Source of the DNA: Candidatus Iainarchaeum sp.
GTDB lineage: Archaea > Iainarchaeota > Iainarchaeia > Iainarchaeales > GCA-2688035
Reading direction: 5' to 3'
Length of the DNA stretch: 64,000 nt
Assembly (NCBI GenBank): GCA_017610175.1
Contig: JAFCCO010000002.1
Span: 43,319 to 107,318 of the forward strand
Below are positions 40,912 through 48,781 of the stretch, piece by piece (the first letter of the stretch is position 1; each line of letters opens with the position of its first letter). The notes under the pieces were generated by a model. It ran no database searches. It saw only the letters and a program-made list of their open reading frames with translations, and had not been told where the DNA came from. The translations under genes and the position numbers were made by a program.

Positions 40912-41523
40912 TTGGTTCTTAAACTTGGAATTCTGGCTTCTACGCGCGGAACAGACATGCAGGCAGTAATTGACGCCATTGAGGCAAAAGAGCTTGATGC
41001 AGAGATTGCCTGCGTAATATCCAACAAAGAAGACTGCTTTGCGCTTGAGCGGGCAAAAAAGCACGGAATTGAGGCAATTTTCCTAAACCCAAAGGAATTC
41101 GGCTCAAAAGAGGCGTATGATAAACAGGTTGTAAAACTTTTGAATGAAAGGGAAGTTGGGCTTGTGCTTCTTATAGGCTATAATAAGTTCCTTTCCGAGC
41201 CGTTCCTCAAAGCCTTTGAAAACAGGGCAATGAACATTCACCCGTCACTTCTTCCGGCTTTCAAGGGCTGGGACACAAACGTGCACCAGGAGGTTTTGGA
41301 CGAGGGATGCAAGGTTTCGGGATGCTCGCTTTTCTTTGTGACAGAGGAGCCCGACGGGGGTCCGATTGTTGCACAAAAGGCTGTTGAGGTTGAAGAGGAC
41401 GAGACAGTTGATTCACTGAAAGAGAAGGTTCAGAGGGCAGAGCAGGAAATAATTGTGAAGGGCGTAAGGCTTTTTGCAGAAGGGAAGTTGAAAGTTGATG
41501 GAAACAAGGTGAAGGTGGTTTAA
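40912..41523 (+). CDS. purN: Phosphoribosylglycinamide formyltransferase
   Basis: Formyltransferase motifs (NIHPSLLP, D..GCKVSGCSLFFV). Confidence 0.85.
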   Translation: MVLKLGILASTRGTDMQAVIDAIEAKELDAEIACVISNKEDCFALERAKKHGIEAIFLNPKEFGSKEAYDKQVVKLLNEREVGLVLLIGYNKFLSEPFLKAFENRAMNIHPSLLPAFKGWDTNVHQEVLDEGCKVSGCSLFFVTEEPDGGPIVAQKAVEVEEDETVDSLKEKVQRAEQEIIVKGVRLFAEGKLKVDGNKVKVV

Positions 41524-43073
41524 TGGCAAAGAAAAGGGCATTAATTTCGGTTTCGGACAAAACAGGGCTGGGAAAGCTTGCAAAGGTTCTTGAAAAGCAC
41601 GGCTTTGAGATTATTTCAACAGGCGGAACCGCAAGGGCGATTGAAGAGTCCGGAGCAAAGGTAACCCCTGTTGAAAACGTAACCGACTTCAAGGAAATGC
41701 TGGACGGGCGCGTTAAAACACTTCACCCAAAAATTCACGCAGGAATCCTCGCACTCAGGGACAGCAAAAAGCACATGACCCAGCTGGAGGAAGCAAACAT
41801 TTTCCTAATCGACCTTGTGGTGGTAAATCTTTATCCATTCAGAAAAACAGTTGAGGGCGGAGCGCCGCTTGACGAAGTAATTGAAAACATTGACATCGGC
41901 GGGCCGACTTTGATTCGCGCCGCAGCCAAGAATTTCCAGGATGTTGCGGTTGTTGTTCATCCTGACCAGTACAAGTTAATTGAGGAAGAGCTTGAGAAAA
42001 ACAATGGCGAAATTTCCCAGAAAACAAGGCAGTTGCTTGCAGCCAAGGCATTTGAGCACACGGCCTACTATGACACAACAATCAACACATTTCTGCACGG
42101 AAAGTTCAATCCGGACGAATTGTTCCCGGTTGACTTCAGTGTAAACTACCGCAAGGTAATGGATTTAAGGTACGGGGAGAACCCGCACCAAAAGGCAGCG
42201 CTCTACAAGGAAAGTTTTGTACACAACCCAAGTGTTGCAACCGCAACAATTCTGAACGGAAAGCCGCTTTCGTTCAACAATATTTTTGATGCAAACGACG
42301 CAGTTGCAGTTGTTCAGGAGTTTGAGGAACCGGCAGCGTGCCTGATAAAGCACAACAATGCATGCGGTACAGCGGTTTCGGCCTCACTTTCAGAGGCATT
42401 TGAGAAAGGGCACCAGTGCGATCCAAAGAGCGCGTTTGGTTCAATTATTGCATTGAACAGAAAATGCGATCTTGAAACCGCCAAGAAGATAACCTCCTTC
42501 TTCAACGAGCTGGTGCTTGCACCCTCCTACAATGAGGACGCGCTTGCAGAGCTTAAGAAAAAGCAGAACCTCCGTGTTCTGGAGCTTCCTGGAATCGACA
42601 AGCCACTGGAGCAGGAGGGCCTTGACTACAAAAAGGTTGAGGGCGCAATGCTTGCGCAAACAAAGGACTTCATTGACAAAAACGAGTTTGACCTGAACGT
42701 TGTTTCGGAGAAAAAGCCGACAAAGGAACAGATTAAGGACATGGTTTTTGCGTGGCGCATTGTAAAGCACATCAAAAGCAATGCAATTGTTCTTGCAAAG
42801 GACCAGGCAACGGTTGGAATTGGGGCAGGGCAAATGTCCCGCGTTGACTCTGTTGAAATTGCGGTCAATAAGGCAGGAGGACGCGAGAAAGGGGCGGTTC
42901 TTGCTTCAGACGGCTTCTTTCCCTTCAGGGACAACATTGACATTGCGGCCGAGCACGGAATTGAGGCCATTATTGAGCCAGGCGGCTCGGTAAAGGACCA
43001 GAAAATAATCGATGCCGCAAACGAAAAGGGCTTGGTGCTTGTTTTTACGGGTGCAAGGCACTTCAAGCACTAA
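41523..43073 (+). CDS. purH: Bifunctional AICAR transformylase / IMP cyclohydrolase
   Basis: MGS-like N-terminus (ALISVSDKTG, ISTGGTA) and an AICARFT C-terminal domain. Confidence 0.95.
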   Translation: MAKKRALISVSDKTGLGKLAKVLEKHGFEIISTGGTARAIEESGAKVTPVENVTDFKEMLDGRVKTLHPKIHAGILALRDSKKHMTQLEEANIFLIDLVVVNLYPFRKTVEGGAPLDEVIENIDIGGPTLIRAAAKNFQDVAVVVHPDQYKLIEEELEKNNGEISQKTRQLLAAKAFEHTAYYDTTINTFLHGKFNPDELFPVDFSVNYRKVMDLRYGENPHQKAALYKESFVHNPSVATATILNGKPLSFNNIFDANDAVAVVQEFEEPAACLIKHNNACGTAVSASLSEAFEKGHQCDPKSAFGSIIALNRKCDLETAKKITSFFNELVLAPSYNEDALAELKKKQNLRVLELPGIDKPLEQEGLDYKKVEGAMLAQTKDFIDKNEFDLNVVSEKKPTKEQIKDMVFAWRIVKHIKSNAIVLAKDQATVGIGAGQMSRVDSVEIAVNKAGGREKGAVLASDGFFPFRDNIDIAAEHGIEAIIEPGGSVKDQKIIDAANEKGLVLVFTGARHFKH

Positions 43074-43143
43074 AAGGCAATTCAGGCATTGAAACACAAT
43101 TCATAACATTTTAAAGCTTTCAATGCCACAAATATATCCAACT

Positions 43144-43280
43144 GCCGGCGTGGCGGAGCGGTCAAACGCGGTGGCCTTGAGGCACCCTTTCTTTGAAAGA
43201 AAGCGTGCACGGAAAGAATCCGTGGGTGCAAGTGAGCCATTTTCCGAAAGGAAGCACAGGTTCGAATCCTGTCGCCGGCG
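43144..43280 (+). tRNA. tRNA-Ser (anticodon TGA) interrupted by a roughly 53-nt intron after position 37
   Basis: Class II tRNA fold. Acceptor GCCGGCG/CGCCGGC; D-arm GCG-GAGCGGTCAAA-CGC, near-identical to the neighbouring tRNA-Ser(GGA); anticodon stem GTGGC/GCCAT; anticodon loop CU-UGA-G then an insertion at 43182-43234 whose ends pair GCACCC/GGGTGC; long variable arm TTTCCGAAAGGAAGC; T-arm ACAGG-TTCGAAT-CCTGT. The exact splice junctions and the BHB geometry are not resolved by eye. Confidence 0.65.
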
Positions 43281-43282
43281 AA

Positions 43283-43322
43283 CACCCTTTCTTTTGGGAA
43301 AAGAAAGCGTGTACGGAAAGAA
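43283..43322 (+). repeat. 40-nt imperfect direct copy of the 5' part of the tRNA-Ser intron (43183-43218), located 3 nt after the tRNA
   Basis: CACCCTTTCTTT[GA/TGGGAA]AAGAAAGCGTG[C/T]ACGGAAAGAA; 35 of 36 non-loop positions identical; the internal hairpin CTTTCTTT/AAAGAAAG is preserved in both copies; the offset is exactly 100 nt. Confidence 0.6.
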
Positions 43323-43381
43323 AAATAGTTTCAAGAGAAAAAGAAAAGATAGGTTTCAAAAAGAAAATCTTTTTGAGAACT

Positions 43382-43465
43382 GCGGAGGTGGCGGAGCGGT
43401 TAAACGCGCCAGCTTGGAAAGCTGGTTCCTTCACGGGAGCGCGAGTTCGAATCTCGTCCTCCGCG
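43382..43465 (+). tRNA. tRNA-Ser (anticodon GGA), intronless
   Basis: Acceptor GCGGAGG/CCTCCGC; anticodon stem CCAGC/GCTGG with loop UUGGAAA; long variable arm; T-loop TTCGAAT; followed by T9. Confidence 0.85.
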
Positions 43466-43541
43466 CTTTTTTTTTGTTAAAAAATCGTGTTGCATATGGT
43501 TTTTTATAGTTCTTTGAGTATACTTATTTTGGGTGAATTTA

Positions 43542-43682
43542 ATGGCTGAAACTGTTACAATTCCAAAAGAAGAGTATAAATCTCTTAAGAAAAAAGCAAG
43601 CTTTGCTGATGATGTTTTGATTCAGCTGGAAGCTAGTTTGAAGGATGTTGAAGCCGGTAGAATAAGTCCTGCTGTTCATTAA
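43542..43682 (+). CDS. Small antitoxin-like protein (46 aa; MAETVTIPKEEYKSLKK...LEASLKDVEAGR), convergent with the RelE-like gene
   Basis: Below the ORF-track size cutoff. The sequence pattern resembles short archaeal Phd/RelB-type antitoxins; the stop codon overlaps the stop of the toxin ORF on the opposite strand. Confidence 0.35.
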   Translation: MAETVTIPKEEYKSLKKKASFADDVLIQLEASLKDVEAGRISPAVH

Positions 43683-43984
43683 TTTCTTTCAACCAATTTT
43701 TTGTATTTTTCCTTATTTTGCAGAATGTGTTCAATTATCTTTTGCTGTTTTTTCTTTGAGCCGAATGCAACCAGCAAAATAGTGCTTGATTTTTTGTAAA
43801 CAAGATAATACAACCGTTTTCTGCCAAACTTTTTTTCACGAAACCACTCAAAGCGCAAAGGCTTTCCAACATCGGCACTTTTTTTCAGTTGTTCAATAAT
43901 TTTCTTTATCCAATCTTTTTCTATTTTCTCAAGTGTTTCAAATAAACGAGAAAAAGCTTCTGTTTCCAAAACAACATTTGGCAT
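43679..43984 (-). CDS. RelE/ParE-superfamily toxin
   Basis: The C-terminal motif RLYYLVYKKSSTILLVAFGSKKKQQK resembles the RelE/ParE core (R-iiY-v......i-v-rigHRkd-Y). Confidence 0.65.
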   Translation of the reverse strand: MPNVVLETEAFSRLFETLEKIEKDWIKKIIEQLKKSADVGKPLRFEWFREKKFGRKRLYYLVYKKSSTILLVAFGSKKKQQKIIEHILQNKEKYKKLVERN

Positions 43985-44027
43985 AATCGAATTAAAACAA
44001 AAGAATATTTAAGTTCATTGCAAAATT

Positions 44028-44047
44028 ATTCCCTGTAATAAGGGAAT
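44028..44047. promoter_or_regulatory. Perfect inverted repeat ATTCCCT-gtaata-AGGGAAT 44-63 nt upstream of the RelE-like start; candidate operator
   Basis: Read directly. Confidence 0.4.
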
Positions 44048-44121
44048 ATAATGCAAACAAAACAACTAGCAAAAAAATTCGAACTCACCAACTACCAACC
44101 AAAAAAATCTAATCGGCTTTC

Positions 44122-44141
44122 TCGAATCTCGCCCTCCGCGC
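44122..44141 (+). repeat. Direct repeat of the tRNA-Ser(GGA) 3' end (TCGAATCTCG[C/T]CCTCCGCGC; 19 of 20 match with 43447-43466); putative attR of a decayed integrated element
   Basis: Read directly; it delimits a roughly 0.68-kb segment that holds only the toxin and antitoxin-like genes. Confidence 0.55.
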
Positions 44142-44167
44142 TCTTCACTCTTTTTTTGGCAAAAGAA

Positions 44168-44206
44168 ATAAAAAAAAAGGGGAGCGTTTCGGTTTTCCAA
44201 AACGCC
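44168..44206 (-). terminator. Hairpin (GGCGTTTTGG/CCGAAACGC) followed by T9 on the minus strand; terminator of the SIMPL gene
   Basis: Read directly; the stem has one mismatch. Confidence 0.55.
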
Positions 44207-44217
44207 TTTTTCTTTGT

Positions 44218-45084
44218 TCACTGTATTTCGAATTGAACGCTTACCGAAGTGGTAAACTCTATGTCGCCGGGAGTTATTGGTGTTGGGGCACTTCCTGACT
44301 CCATGTTGTCCATTGTGGCGAACGACTTTGCGTAGTATGGCACTGAATAGCCAGAACTTTCGCTTGCGCCGTAAACCGGTCCGACAGAAATTCCAAGGCC
44401 TTCTGCAATGCTTTGCGCCTTTGCGCGCGCGTTTGCGGAAGCGTCTTTCAAAGCCTCTGCCCTCAGGCTTGCCTCTGTTTCCTTTGTCAGCGCAAAAGAA
44501 ATGCTGTTTACACTGTTTGCTCCCGCGGAAACCGCCGCGTCTATTACTTCCCCAACGGCGCCAAGGTCCTGCACTTTTACCCTAACCCTGTTTGTGGTCT
44601 TGTAGCCCACTGATTCAGATTTTCTGATGACTTCGTTCCACTTGAATTCTTCGCGCAGGCTGTAGGACGCGGTTTCAATGTTTTCCTTGTTAATTCCCTT
44701 GGTTTTCAGTGCGTCCATTACCTTGTTTGCAAGGGTTGCGTTGTCAGCCTGGCTTTTGCTCGCACTTTTGTCAAGTGTTTCAATGCTCAGCGTGATGTAA
44801 GCAAGTTCTGGGCTGGCTGTCTTTGTCACTGTTCCTGAAACAGAGATTAGTCTTATTTTTTTTTCGGATTCGTCTTCGGCAAAGCTTATTGCCCCACCAT
44901 CAAAGCCGCTTAAACTGGCTTCGATTGCAGTACTGCTTGATTTCTGCAAATAATTTGGAATCTGCACAACCACCTGGGCTTTTTCCTCAGGCGGAATGTT
45001 CAATGAGTAGAATCCAATTCCCACCGAAATAATCATTGCTGCGATAATAAGCGAAGCCGGCAAAATCCATTTGTTTTCAAACAT
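44218..45084 (-). CDS. SIMPL-domain protein (DUF541, YggE-like) with an N-terminal membrane anchor
   Basis: Low-complexity A/S/E-rich SIMPL-like repeats, N-terminal TM helix, SD GGAGGTG upstream. Confidence 0.7.
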   Translation of the reverse strand: MFENKWILPASLIIAAMIISVGIGFYSLNIPPEEKAQVVVQIPNYLQKSSSTAIEASLSGFDGGAISFAEDESEKKIRLISVSGTVTKTASPELAYITLSIETLDKSASKSQADNATLANKVMDALKTKGINKENIETASYSLREEFKWNEVIRKSESVGYKTTNRVRVKVQDLGAVGEVIDAAVSAGANSVNSISFALTKETEASLRAEALKDASANARAKAQSIAEGLGISVGPVYGASESSGYSVPYYAKSFATMDNMESGSAPTPITPGDIEFTTSVSVQFEIQ

Positions 45085-45277
45085 CCTGTTTCACCTCCTG
45101 AAAACACTAACGGTTAAAGTCTAATTAAACCCTTTGTTTTTTTGTAAGCAAACAGTCTAACTAAAGTTTTTCAGGCAAAAGCACAGGCAAAAGGGCTTTT
45201 TTGCAGAATCTTTTCTTTCGGTTTTAAGCGCTGTTGAATGCAAACCAATTTATTTACTTTGGGCATTAATTTGCTCT

Positions 45278-45499
45278 ATGAATCAAACACAGTTTTTTGC
45301 GGTAATGCTTGTTTTGATTGGCTTTGCATTGCTTGTGGTTTTTCCAATTTTTGGAATTGTTGCGGGGAAATGGGTAATTGCGCTTTCGGTTGTCGGAGGC
45401 TGGGCTCTTGTGGTAATTGGGGCGGCAATTGCGGTTGTTTCCCTTGTGCTTGAACGGCTTGGGGACTTAAAGGCAGAAAAGTTTGACGAAAAATTTTGA
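45278..45499 (+). CDS. Small membrane protein (73 aa, two TM helices)
   Basis: Hydrophobic; immediately upstream of ybjQ. Confidence 0.4.
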   Translation: MNQTQFFAVMLVLIGFALLVVFPIFGIVAGKWVIALSVVGGWALVVIGAAIAVVSLVLERLGDLKAEKFDEKF

Positions 45500-45514
45500 G
45501 GAGAGTGGAAAAAA

Positions 45515-45829
45515 ATGATTATTGTAAACACAGATTTTGTTCAGGGAAAGAAAGTAGCTGAAACAATTGGAATTGTTAAGGGGAGCACAATCAGGGCAAA
45601 GTGGATTGGAAAAGACATTATGGCTGGCCTAAGGCAGCTTGTTGGGGGAGAGCTAAAGGAGTACACCGAAATGCTAACCGAGGCAAGAAAGCAGTCGGTG
45701 CAGAGAATGGTTCAGGATGCGGAAAGCCTTGGGGCCAACGGAATAATTAACATAAGGTTTACAACTTCGCAAATAATGTCTTCCGCAGCGGAAATACTTG
45801 TTTACGGAACCGCGGTAAAGCTAAAGTGA
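45515..45829 (+). CDS. YbjQ/UPF0145 (DUF74) family protein
   Basis: Conserved family pattern (IVNTD...G..VKGS.IRAK....D..AG...LVGGE...Y..ML...R..A..RM...A...GANGIINIRF). Confidence 0.75.
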   Translation: MIIVNTDFVQGKKVAETIGIVKGSTIRAKWIGKDIMAGLRQLVGGELKEYTEMLTEARKQSVQRMVQDAESLGANGIINIRFTTSQIMSSAAEILVYGTAVKLK

Positions 45830-45846
45830 ATTTTAATGGGATTTGA

Positions 45847-46062
45847 ATGTGCCTAACAATTCCAGCAAAGGTAGTTGAAGTGCTTGAGGACGGCACAGCA
45901 TTTGTTGAACAGCCTGGGACAAAGCGCAAAATCATAAACATGATTAAGGCAAAGCCGGGAGAGTTCGTGCTCCTGCAGCAGGGAATGGCTGTGGACAAAA
46001 TAAGCGAAAAAGAGGCCAACGAAACCTGGGCCTTGTGGAGCGAAGCCGCACAAAAACACTAA
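45847..46062 (+). CDS. hypC: HypC/HupF-family hydrogenase maturation factor-like protein
   Basis: N-terminal MCLTIP signature (MC[LI][AGT][IV]P); 71 aa. Confidence 0.7.
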   Translation: MCLTIPAKVVEVLEDGTAFVEQPGTKRKIINMIKAKPGEFVLLQQGMAVDKISEKEANETWALWSEAAQKH

Positions 46063-46065
46063 CTG

Positions 46066-46860
46066 TTATTTCATTCCATTAACCGCTTCAATCGTTTTCC
46101 GGGTGTATTTCTCAAGATTTTGAACCTGTTTTTCGGAAAGCAACTCAATTGCGTTGCCCCAGTGAACCGAAATCCTTGCGCCCGCTTCAGCACCCAGCCC
46201 GAACGGGTTCTTCACCTGCCGAACATTCTCTTCAAGCCTTAAGTTCTTCCCTTCCAGCACAAGCCCTGTGCAATTTACGCTAATTTCCTTTCCCGAATTT
46301 TTCAGAACACTTGCCTTGTGCACCAGGCATTCGGAGAGGTTTTCAACAACCGGGGCAACCTTCTGCGAAATGAAATTAATGTAGAGCACGTGCATTGAGT
46401 GGTGGGGAAGCATTTCGGCAGGGAGCTCCTCTGCCTTCTTTTTGCATATTCTCGCAGGCAAGCCGTGCTGCTTGAATGAAAGAATTGTTTCCCTAATTTT
46501 TTTGTGCTCCACGCTTTCAAGCACTTTGTTTCCCAGCCAGTAGGCCTCAATTACCTCTTCATCAAACGGCTTTAGGTTGTTTGCCTCTGCAATAAGCTCA
46601 AGGTAGGGTTGAAGTGCGTAAAATCCATGCAGGAGTTCTCTGGCTTTTGCTGCGTTTTCCTCGTTTGGATTCTCCTGCAGTTTCATGAATGCATGCCAGC
46701 TTCCGTTAGGCCCACAGTAACCAAGTTCGTTTGGAGGAAGTGAATAGATGCTTGCCCTTTTCAAGGCATTAACTTCGTTCGGCAGCAATTGAATGCCCCT
46801 TAACCTTTGTGCCCTGCAGTACGTAACCGAATCCAACCGCCAGGAACACTCCGCCCACAA
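46066..46860 (-). CDS. Hypothetical protein (about 205-264 aa; start ambiguous, probably the ATG at 46686)
   Basis: No recognised motif. The 5' end of the ORF-track version overlaps the eamA 3' end, so the later Met (MKLQENP) is more likely. Confidence 0.45.
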   Translation of the reverse strand: MWAECSWRLDSVTYCRAQRLRGIQLLPNEVNALKRASIYSLPPNELGYCGPNGSWHAFMKLQENPNEENAAKARELLHGFYALQPYLELIAEANNLKPFDEEVIEAYWLGNKVLESVEHKKIRETILSFKQHGLPARICKKKAEELPAEMLPHHSMHVLYINFISQKVAPVVENLSECLVHKASVLKNSGKEISVNCTGLVLEGKNLRLEENVRQVKNPFGLGAEAGARISVHWGNAIELLSEKQVQNLEKYTRKTIEAVNGMK

Positions 46861-47683
46861 TCAAAAGCAGGCCAAACACCTGCGTTGGGGCAACTTCCTT
46901 TCCAAGGAATGCAAACGAAAGCAGGGCGGTTATTGGCTGTGCAAGCAACAGCACTGAAGCCGCCTTGTGAACCGGCAGGTGCTTTAGTCCTGAGTAGTAA
47001 GTGAACACAAATGCAACGAGCAAACCCGATGCAATCAGGGCCCACTGCATTTGTGGAACTGAGAGAGTAAATGCGCTTCCAAGCTGGTTTGTTGCAACAA
47101 GGAATGTGAGAATGAAGATACTTCCAAAAGCCATTCTTCCAAATGCAACTGTCTTCCCGCTCAACTCGCTGAGAACGTGCTTTGAGAGAACATTTTCTGC
47201 GGCCCAAAGAATTGTTGCCGCAAGCACAAGCATCTCAGGAAAACCAAAGGCAGCTATGTTGAAGAGCAGGAAGTTTCCCGCAAGCAGCATTGCCGCCCCT
47301 GCAATCCAGTGTTTGCTGACTTTTTCCCTGAGGAAAACAAGGGCAAAAACCGTTGCCCAAATGAAAAGCGTTTTGTGCAGGAAGCCCGCGTTTATTGCTG
47401 TTGTGAGTTTCAGCGCATAAAAGAACAACAGGAACGGAATTGCCCCCCCAACCAGGCCGATTGCGGCAAGCTTTCCAACCTGCTTTTTGGAAAGAGCCTT
47501 TATTTCATTCAAGTCCTTAAGCAATACAATTAGTGAGAACAGCAATACCGCAACAACCGCGTTTTTCAGGAATGTGAACATAAACGGATTAAATCCCCTT
47601 ACCGCAAAGCTGTTTGCAAAAATGCTTACCCCGCTTACAACAGCAGCTAGCATTACAAGCATTAGCCCTTTTCTCTCACTCAT
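46769..47683 (-). CDS. EamA/DMT-superfamily transporter
   Basis: Two EamA repeats, 10 TM helices. Confidence 0.8.
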   Translation of the reverse strand: MSERKGLMLVMLAAVVSGVSIFANSFAVRGFNPFMFTFLKNAVVAVLLFSLIVLLKDLNEIKALSKKQVGKLAAIGLVGGAIPFLLFFYALKLTTAINAGFLHKTLFIWATVFALVFLREKVSKHWIAGAAMLLAGNFLLFNIAAFGFPEMLVLAATILWAAENVLSKHVLSELSGKTVAFGRMAFGSIFILTFLVATNQLGSAFTLSVPQMQWALIASGLLVAFVFTYYSGLKHLPVHKAASVLLLAQPITALLSFAFLGKEVAPTQVFGLLLIVGGVFLAVGFGYVLQGTKVKGHSIAAERS

Positions 47684-47774
47684 GACACAAAAAAGCGCTT
47701 AAAAGGTTAAAAAGATAACGTTTGGCTTGTGGTAAAATGCGTTTGAGCCTTATTTTGTGAATAAAACGCCTGAA

Positions 47775-48680
47775 TTACTTCCTTCTGAATCGCATTTCCC
47801 TCAGTCCGTCTATAATGGCGAGTCTCACGAGGGCCGCGCCAATCCTTTCCTCCGGACTTGAGCGGGCGTACTTTGGCAGAACAACCCCTCCATGCTCTGC
47901 GAGTTCCTTGATTGTTTTAATCGACTTTGGAAGCTCTTCAATTAGGGAGCGAACTTCCCGTTCTGAAAATTCAGGCAAAGTCCATTTTACTTTGGGGGAT
48001 GGGGAATACGATTTCACTCCTTTGTGTGGCACATCCCTTCCGTAAAACATGTAGCCGTTTACTTTTGTTCTTAATCCCTCTAGCCTGAACATTTGGATTA
48101 GGTCGTTGGGAACTGTTCCAATAACTCCTGTGTCAACAAAGGTGATTGGTTTTTTTGTGTTAACCCCCTTTGATTCCATGTAACCTAGAAGTTTTTTTCT
48201 CATTGCAGGGCTTTGGTGGATTCCGCCAGTAAGCCTTCGCCCTGCCTCGACTATTTTTACATTTTTCCGCTTTACTCCGTTTGCTTCAGCAAGCCTGAAT
48301 GCAATCCTGTAAAACGGCCTTGCTCCCCTTCCCAGAAAAACGAGCTGTGTGTTAAGTCTTTGTGCCTTTCTCTCGGCAAAAATTGTTTGTACAAAGTCAA
48401 CCATTTGGGGTAAAAGCTGTTTTGTGCGGCTGTAAATTTTTGCATATCCCTGGACTCGCTCTCTTGTGCGGGTTAAGCCTGCTTTAGCCAGCCTGTTTGA
48501 AAGCCACTTGTCAATTTTTGGGCTTGACATTGTTGGCCTTTTAAGCGGTGCTTTGTTTTGGGCCAGCGCACTTAGCCCCCACTTGCCTGAGGCCTTGCTT
48601 GCGCCCCTGTGCGGACTCCTTTTCTTTGGGGCAGGCCACATTGATGCCCTGATTCTTCTGCGCTTTTTTGCCACAGCCAT
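47775..48680 (-). CDS. Hypothetical basic protein
   Basis: Start taken at MAVAKKRRR (48680). No recognised domain; a possible nucleotide-binding-like motif (FVDTGVIGT) is noted, but that is speculative. Confidence 0.45.
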   Translation of the reverse strand: MAVAKKRRRIRASMWPAPKKRSPHRGASKASGKWGLSALAQNKAPLKRPTMSSPKIDKWLSNRLAKAGLTRTRERVQGYAKIYSRTKQLLPQMVDFVQTIFAERKAQRLNTQLVFLGRGARPFYRIAFRLAEANGVKRKNVKIVEAGRRLTGGIHQSPAMRKKLLGYMESKGVNTKKPITFVDTGVIGTVPNDLIQMFRLEGLRTKVNGYMFYGRDVPHKGVKSYSPSPKVKWTLPEFSEREVRSLIEELPKSIKTIKELAEHGGVVLPKYARSSPEERIGAALVRLAIIDGLREMRFRRK

Positions 48681-48781
48681 ATGTATTAATAGTTCACTGT
48701 ACAATTTAAGTATTGCCTTTTTTGCTTTGCGACAAATTCCCTTTTTTAAAGCTAATGTCATCCAATTACTTTGGTGTTTGC

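Noticed and set aside
43182-43234. A C/D-box sRNA encoded in the tRNA-Ser intron, as seen in some archaeal tRNA-Trp introns.
   Set aside because: There is no C box (RUGAUGA) or D box (CUGA) in the intron.
43283-43322. A CRISPR array, considered on the basis of the repeated intron-like motif.
   Set aside because: There are only two copies, they are not regularly spaced with spacers, and no cas genes lie anywhere in the window.
43101-43509. ORFs 43082..43509 on both strands overlapping the two tRNA-Ser genes.
   Set aside because: The region folds into two convincing class II tRNAs, and the ORF translations are low-complexity.
44051-44236. The 61-aa ORF (MQTKQLAKKF...).
   Set aside because: It spans the attR-like tRNA fragment and the SIMPL-gene terminator hairpin; low complexity.
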